From Chiloscyllium plagiosum (taxonomy: Eukaryota), in assembly GCF_004010195.1 (NCBI RefSeq), contig NC_057723.1, forward strand, positions 38,328,241 to 38,392,240: a DNA stretch of 64,000 nt. Direction: 5' to 3'. Every line of letters begins with the position of its first letter. Within the stretch, counting starts at the first letter, position 1. Below the pieces are notes generated by a model. The model saw only the letters and a program-made list of their open reading frames with translations, had not been told where the DNA came from and did not search any database. Positions 63,711-64,000 of this stretch are shown piece after piece. The translations under genes were made by a program, and so were the position numbers.

Positions 63711-64000
63711 TATAGAACTGTACTAGTTTACAGAAAACCAGCAGCCTTATGGACTACTACTCTTGCTCTTTGCCAAAATTAGTAAATCATTCTTCACCCT
63801 CCCCCGCCCCCCATCCTAACATTACTCCTCTGCTTCAAATATTTATCACATTTTACCTTGAAAGTAATAATTGTCTCAGTCTCAAAAACGTTGATTAAAT
63901 CAAGGACACAGCTGCAAAACTGAGTCAGCATCAAGTGTCAAGGGAATCTCAAAAGTAATTTTTTGACCGAGTAGTCAACATTGAGACACCCCTTTGTTTG

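Noticed and set aside
54013-64000. Search for ANKHD1 exon 2 (VESFILDQED...LEALLEAA) or a promoter/CpG island
   Set aside because: No matching peptide or CpG-rich region found; the stretch appears to be intron 2 with decayed repeats.

Overview
Eukaryotic, AT-rich vertebrate genomic DNA. It is very probably a shark: HE1/V-SINE-type SINEs with (TTAGA)n tails, SacSINE-like heads and abundant CR1 LINEs point that way (inference). The whole window lies inside one minus-strand gene, ANKHD1 (MASK1, paralog of ANKRD17). I traced 17 consecutive GT-AG coding exons, corresponding to human exons 3-19 as I recall them. They total 3076 nt with the reading frame continuous across every junction, and cover the first ankyrin cluster, the coiled-coil/Q-rich linker and the start of the second ankyrin cluster. 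Both gene ends lie outside the window. Introns are filled with nested, decayed mobile DNA: CR1 LINEs, HE1 SINEs, SINE-headed APE/RT LINEs, Tc1/mariner-type MITEs, a Gmr1-like Gypsy LTR+PBS+gag relic and a solo LTR. The most interesting signals are four. (1) A family of 70-210 bp Penelope-derived insertions, most with target-site duplications, carrying a minimal hammerhead-ribozyme core (CUGAnGA-A-GGGC-loop-GCCC-GAAAC-GUC). (2) The exon 3 acceptor has no proximal pyrimidine tract, a perfect TACTAAC, a 125-nt AG-exclusion zone and in-frame acceptors at +33/+42. (3) LINEs that begin with a tRNA-derived SINE head. (4) A perfect 57-bp duplication around a SINE/LINE tail fragment. No prokaryote-type system (CRISPR, operon) is present. 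Family assignments come from recalled consensus sequences, not searches.
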